A stretch of DNA of 64,000 bases from an uncultured Chlamydiae bacterium (GTDB taxonomy: Bacteria; Chlamydiota; Chlamydiia; Chlamydiales; JAJFMB01): assembly GCA_963696295.1 (NCBI GenBank), contig CAVOJR010000001.1, positions 1,216,001 to 1,280,000 on the forward strand. Direction: 5' to 3'. The notes beneath the pieces are model-generated. The model saw only the letters and a program-made list of their open reading frames with translations. It did not search any database and was not told the DNA's origin. This document shows positions 59,718-64,000 of the stretch, one piece after another (the stretch's first letter is position 1; every line of letters begins with the position of its first letter). The translations under genes and the position numbers were made by a program.

Positions 59718-60548
59718 ATGGCAAAACGCCTGTTTTACTTGATCCTTATCCTCTTCACCCTTTTCGTCTCTCCCGAGCCGGTTTTGGCTCAAGGGCGCGT
59801 GACCACCTCGATCAAACCTGAGGAGCCGCCTCCACAGCCGAAGATGCCTACCCTTCCCGCTTCGTTTGAGGAGTATAAAAGGCCTTCTCTGATTACCCAG
59901 GCAATGGTCCTATCCCTTTTCTCCATGCTGCCCTTTATCATCATGATTTTGACCTCTTTCCTCAAAATCGTGGTTGTGTTATCGCTGCTGCGCAACGCCC
60001 TTGGCGTGCAGACGGCTCCCCCTAACCAGGTGATCAACGGCGTCGCATTTATGTTGAGCGTATTCGTGATGTACCCCACGATTTTGCAAATGTATTCCGC
60101 TGCCCAGAAAACGATAAGCACTGTTCAAGCGCCCGGATCGCTCATATCAGAGGAGTCATCATCTTACATTATCGCTATTGCCAAAGACGCCCAAGAACCT
60201 TTAAGAGATTTTCTGAAGAAAAATTCCTCTCCGAAACACCAGGCTCAATTCTACCGGCTGGCCTATCGCGTCTTACCCGAGGAATACCGTCCCGGACTGA
60301 AACCCGATGAATTTCTTATCCTTGTCCCCTCCTTTATCACCAGTCAATTAAAAGATGCTTTTGAAATCGGGGTTCTGATCTACATTCCCTTTTTCGTTAT
60401 CGACCTGGTGACTTCGAATATTCTGCTCGCCATGGGGATGATGATGCTTTCGCCCGTTACCATTTCCATGCCCTTGAAGCTCTTTTTGCTGGTGATGCTT
60501 GACGGCTGGACGCTCCTGGTTGAAGGATTAGTAACCACTTTTAGATGA
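59718..60548 (+). CDS. sctR: T3SS export apparatus SctR
   Basis: TSFLKIVVVLSLLRNALG, AFEIG..IYIPFFVIDL, LAMGMMMLSP..ISMPLKL. Confidence 0.95.
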   Translation: MAKRLFYLILILFTLFVSPEPVLAQGRVTTSIKPEEPPPQPKMPTLPASFEEYKRPSLITQAMVLSLFSMLPFIIMILTSFLKIVVVLSLLRNALGVQTAPPNQVINGVAFMLSVFVMYPTILQMYSAAQKTISTVQAPGSLISEESSSYIIAIAKDAQEPLRDFLKKNSSPKHQAQFYRLAYRVLPEEYRPGLKPDEFLILVPSFITSQLKDAFEIGVLIYIPFFVIDLVTSNILLAMGMMMLSPVTISMPLKLFLLVMLDGWTLLVEGLVTTFR

Positions 60549-60557
60549 GGCCATTAT

Positions 60558-60833
60558 ATGTTTCGTACACAGGTTGTACAACTTGCCTACCAGGGACTTT
60601 TATTGATTCTGATTTTGTCTGCTCCTCCCATTCTCATTAGTATGTTTTTTGGTATTTTGGTGGCGATATTCCAGGCAGCGACCCAAATTCAGGAACAAAC
60701 GCTGTCGTTTACCATCAAACTCGTCGCAGTAACTTTAACTCTGATGCTATTTGGCCCTTGGCTCGGCGCTCAAATTATGGACTTTGCGACGAATATCTTT
60801 CAGAATTTTCCTCAATGGAGCATGAGCGATTAA
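60558..60833 (+). CDS. sctS: T3SS export apparatus SctS
   Basis: FQAATQIQEQTLSFTIKL. Confidence 0.95.
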   Translation: MFRTQVVQLAYQGLLLILILSAPPILISMFFGILVAIFQAATQIQEQTLSFTIKLVAVTLTLMLFGPWLGAQIMDFATNIFQNFPQWSMSD

Positions 60834-60836
60834 AAA

Positions 60837-61679
60837 ATGGGAGAAAGCTACGCCGATCTCTTCATGAAGAGTGTTTTTGCCGAAGCCAATCCTATGGCTT
60901 TCCTTTCGCTCTGCTTTCTATTCTTTGCCAGAATTCTGCCCATTATCGCCCAGGCGCCTTTTTTTGGAGCAAAGGTATTGCCCCACACGACAAAAATGGC
61001 TCTGGCCATCGCTCTGTTTGCCATTTTTATGCCCAAATTATTAGTCACGGTGAAAGTAGCCCCGCAATTTGACAGCAGTTTGATTTTTCTGGTCATGAAA
61101 GAACTGGCCATAGGATTTATCCTGGGCTTTCTCATCACCATCCCGTTCAATATCGTGCAGGCCGCCGGGATTATCATCGACCACCAAAGAGGTGGCGCGA
61201 GCTTGATGATCAATGACCCCGCCGTGCAAAACCAATCCTCTCCTTTAGGCACTTTTTACAATTTGGTTTTCATTTTCCTCTTTTTTATGATTGACGGCCC
61301 GTTTTTATTTATCGATGCGATTATTACTTCGTACGAGATCATCCCGGCCGACCAATACTTTAACCCTATCCTCACCGAAAAAAGCACCATGTACTGGAAA
61401 GTGACCATGGGTCTGTTGAATAAAGTGATGCTCATGGCCACCCAGCTGGCTTCTCCTGCCCTGATCGCTATCTTAATGACGGACTTGTTCCTTGGCATTG
61501 CCAACCGCTTAGCCCCTCAGGTACAGGTGACCTTTTTGGGCATGCCGTTAAAATCACTGCTCGGATTGTTCGCAGTGACACTCGGATGGAGTTTGTTCAC
61601 GGATCAAATCGCCCGCGAAGCCATTGCCTGGCTGCAGAACATGACAGAATTAATCTATTCCTTTGGACAAAAGGTATGA
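60837..61679 (+). CDS. sctT: T3SS export apparatus SctT
   Basis: AGIIIDHQRG, LGIANRLAPQVQV..LGMPLK. Confidence 0.93.
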   Translation: MGESYADLFMKSVFAEANPMAFLSLCFLFFARILPIIAQAPFFGAKVLPHTTKMALAIALFAIFMPKLLVTVKVAPQFDSSLIFLVMKELAIGFILGFLITIPFNIVQAAGIIIDHQRGGASLMINDPAVQNQSSPLGTFYNLVFIFLFFMIDGPFLFIDAIITSYEIIPADQYFNPILTEKSTMYWKVTMGLLNKVMLMATQLASPALIAILMTDLFLGIANRLAPQVQVTFLGMPLKSLLGLFAVTLGWSLFTDQIAREAIAWLQNMTELIYSFGQKV

Positions 61680-62608
61680 TTTTCTTGAGTTATATCCTGG
61701 GCGGCATTCTGCTTTTATATGCCGGTGCGGAAATGCTGATTCGCGGCGCATCGCGCGTGGCATTTCGTTTAGGCGTTCCCTCTTTAATCATCGGATTGAC
61801 TATAGTGTCGATGGGAACATCCCTGCCTGAGGTTGTCACGGCCTTCATAGCGCAATGGGAAGGGGGCAAGGGAGATCTCGCCCTGGGCAATGTGATCGGT
61901 TCCAACATCGCAAATGTGGGTTTGATTGTTGGCGTTACTGCTTTAGCCCGGCCCCTGGTATGTGCCCCCCATGTTGTAAAAATTGATATGCCGCTTTTAA
62001 TTTTGTCGCAAATCCTTTTACTGCTTTTGATGATTCCATTAACCATTTATCGCATTAGTGGATTGCTGATGGTATCATTGATGGTCGCCTATGTGATTTA
62101 CTGCGTGAAAACAGGCGAGCAAACAGTTGAAGAACAGGAACTGGCCAAACTGAAGCCAAATAATTCTTGGCTCATCGTAGATATTCTCCTTATCATCGCA
62201 GGGCTTTTGGCTCTGGTTTTCGGAGGAGATTATTTTGTAAAGGGCGCGGTGCAAATAGCGACTCATTATCATATTTCGGAACGGGTCATCGGTCTTACCA
62301 TTGTCGCCATAGGCACTTCCCTTCCGGAATTAGCCATCACTTTTGTCGCTGCCTATAGAAAGCACACCGACATTGCCTTAGGAAACATCGTTGGAAGCAG
62401 CATCTTTAACAGCCTCTTTATCGCCGGGGGCGTCTCGCTTCTCATTCCCATCCATTTTTCCCAAAAGCTGCTGCTGGTGGACGGCCCCATCATGCTCCTC
62501 TTTTGCCTGCTGCTTTGGCTGATCATGTACCGGAAGCGCCAAATATCGCGGCTAAGCGGTGCCATCCTGCTGATATGTTATGCGCTTTATCTGATCAGCT
62601 TGACGTAA
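61676..62608 (+). CDS. Calcium/sodium antiporter (CaCA, YrbG-like)
   Basis: Two alpha repeats GTSLPE...GNVIGSN and GTSLPE...GNIVGSS; ATG overlaps the sctT stop. Confidence 0.9.
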   Translation: MIFLSYILGGILLLYAGAEMLIRGASRVAFRLGVPSLIIGLTIVSMGTSLPEVVTAFIAQWEGGKGDLALGNVIGSNIANVGLIVGVTALARPLVCAPHVVKIDMPLLILSQILLLLLMIPLTIYRISGLLMVSLMVAYVIYCVKTGEQTVEEQELAKLKPNNSWLIVDILLIIAGLLALVFGGDYFVKGAVQIATHYHISERVIGLTIVAIGTSLPELAITFVAAYRKHTDIALGNIVGSSIFNSLFIAGGVSLLIPIHFSQKLLLVDGPIMLLFCLLLWLIMYRKRQISRLSGAILLICYALYLISLT

Positions 62609-62611
62609 GTT

Positions 62612-63310
62612 TCATTGCAGCTTTTCAAGAAACTCCTTGCGAACAAAAAGGAGATCCCAACGATTCCTTTCCACAAAATGATACCCTTTAGATTCTAAAA
62701 AAGGAACAAAACGTTCATCTCCATAATTATCTTCAAGTGTAATCACGTCAATTGTGTACTTAGAATAATCAATCGAAGAGATAATCTCAAACTCTCCACC
62801 TTCGGTATCCAAACTTAAGAAATCAATATGAGAGAAACCAAATTTATCCAACAAATCGTTAAGAAAATAGCAGTTAACTTTCATTATTTCAATGGAACCG
62901 CTGTTTTGTGCAATTTCGGTTTTTACTCTTGCAAAATGTCTTGGGTCAAGTTTGCTAAGTAATCCTGAGAGCATCTCAACTTCAGGGCATTTCACTCTTA
63001 AGAAATCACCAGGTCCTGTAAAGTCAGTGACACAACCCTGGATGCAATAACAGGAGCGATTTTTCTGCAATTGTTCAAATACCTCGGGAATAGGCTCAAC
63101 ACATAAACCTTTCCAGCCCAATTCTTTTTCAAAAAAATAACTATTGCTTAAAGTTATCCCATTATGTGCGCCAACTTCGACAAAAACGCCATCTTTCTTA
63201 TTTTTGAAATACCTGGTGTTTGCAATTTCATCCTGATTTATCTGACTATAGTATGAGCAAAAACAAAAGAGAGGCATTGAAAGAAAAAACAAGATCGCTC
63301 TTATCTTCAT
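62612..63310 (-). CDS. FkbM-family methyltransferase with signal peptide
   Basis: YSQINQD, EVGAHNGITLSNS, GLCVEP, SLDTEGGE; N-terminus MKIRAILFFLSMPLFCFC; AT-rich. Confidence 0.85.
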   Translation of the reverse strand: MKIRAILFFLSMPLFCFCSYYSQINQDEIANTRYFKNKKDGVFVEVGAHNGITLSNSYFFEKELGWKGLCVEPIPEVFEQLQKNRSCYCIQGCVTDFTGPGDFLRVKCPEVEMLSGLLSKLDPRHFARVKTEIAQNSGSIEIMKVNCYFLNDLLDKFGFSHIDFLSLDTEGGEFEIISSIDYSKYTIDVITLEDNYGDERFVPFLESKGYHFVERNRWDLLFVRKEFLEKLQ

Positions 63311-63456
63311 AGAAACATCCTTAAAAGTTTACTTTAGCAGATTACCTGGATTAATAATTTAGGACTAGCAAAATTTAAAATTCACCTTGCCAACTGCGAT
63401 TGGAAAATATTGTCCTAAAACACGGCCATCTAATTAAAGTTATATCTGACCTACTA

Positions 63457-63939
63457 TCACTTGGCTGCAGCCTGAAACTCGAGGGCTAAAGCATTCATGC
63501 AGTAGCGCTGGCCTGTTGGAGGCGGGCCGTCGTCGAAGACATGGCCAAGATGCGATGCGCAGCGGCTGCAGAGCACTTCTGTGCGCTTAATGAATAACTG
63601 GTAATCATCCTTATAGGCGACATTCTCCGCGCATATTGGCTCCCAAAAGCTCGGCCAACCGGTTTTCGAATCGTATTTGGCTGCAGAGCTGAAAAGAGGA
63701 AGATGGCAGGCGGCGCACAAATAGATCCCTTTCTCTTTATTTTCATAGAGGGGGTTTTTATAGGGGGTCTCAGTCGCGCCTTCCCTTAACACCTCATAAC
63801 GGTCTAAGGGCAGCCGCTGTTTCCACTCGGCATTGGTTAAGAGCACTTTTTTGCCGTCAAACCTGTTTTGAGGCGTGCAGTCCGCAGCGAGAAAAGAAAG
63901 AAAAAAGCAGGATAACAGAATCTCTTTGATCATATTCAC
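63457..63939 (-). CDS. msrB: Peptide-methionine (R)-S-oxide reductase with N-terminal signal
   Basis: ATE.PY, GWPSF, HLGHVFDDGP, RYCMN; two CxxC. Confidence 0.93.
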   Translation of the reverse strand: MNMIKEILLSCFFLSFLAADCTPQNRFDGKKVLLTNAEWKQRLPLDRYEVLREGATETPYKNPLYENKEKGIYLCAACHLPLFSSAAKYDSKTGWPSFWEPICAENVAYKDDYQLFIKRTEVLCSRCASHLGHVFDDGPPPTGQRYCMNALALEFQAAAK

Positions 63940-64000
63940 AGATGTAAAGCTTTATTCATTTTTTTGCAAATCTATACTTGAAATCAATCATTAACTTCCT

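Noticed and set aside
57122..61679. T3SS cluster as a novel system or flagellar genes
   Set aside because: Matches the standard chlamydial sctJ-(K)-L-R-S-T locus

Overview
A 64-kb chromosomal segment of an environmental Chlamydiae bacterium. This is inferred from the chlamydial gene orders tolQ-R-A-B-pal-lysM opposite dsbD-tatD, psd...secA, and lpdA-lipA...sctJ-K-L-R-S-T. The conserved backbone is interrupted by visibly AT-rich islets. These encode about 17 glycan-tailoring enzymes: GT10, GT11 and three NodZ/GT23 fucosyltransferases, a GT92-like enzyme, a GT34-methyltransferase fusion, several SAM methyltransferases, DUF268, three sulfotransferase-like proteins and an SGNH hydrolase. Nearly all carry Sec-type signal peptides although their co-substrates are cytosolic. 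I consider this apparent exported glyco-decoration arsenal the best candidate for an undescribed system. Other highlights are a GC-rich TrpR-regulated kynurenine-salvage operon (trpR-permease-trpDCFBA-kynU, no trpEG) with a chlamydial-type operator, a SAM-supply neighbourhood (EamA transporter, metK coupled to an FkbM methyltransferase), a 1114-aa polyproline/tandem-repeat effector candidate just upstream of the T3SS sctJ operon, a permuted-papain-like effector candidate and a candidate structured RNA. A patch of frameshifts (about 42.6-46.2 kb, including essential secA) most likely reflects sequencing error. No rRNA, tRNA, CRISPR array or transposase was recognised. All family calls come from motif recognition by eye, not from database searches.
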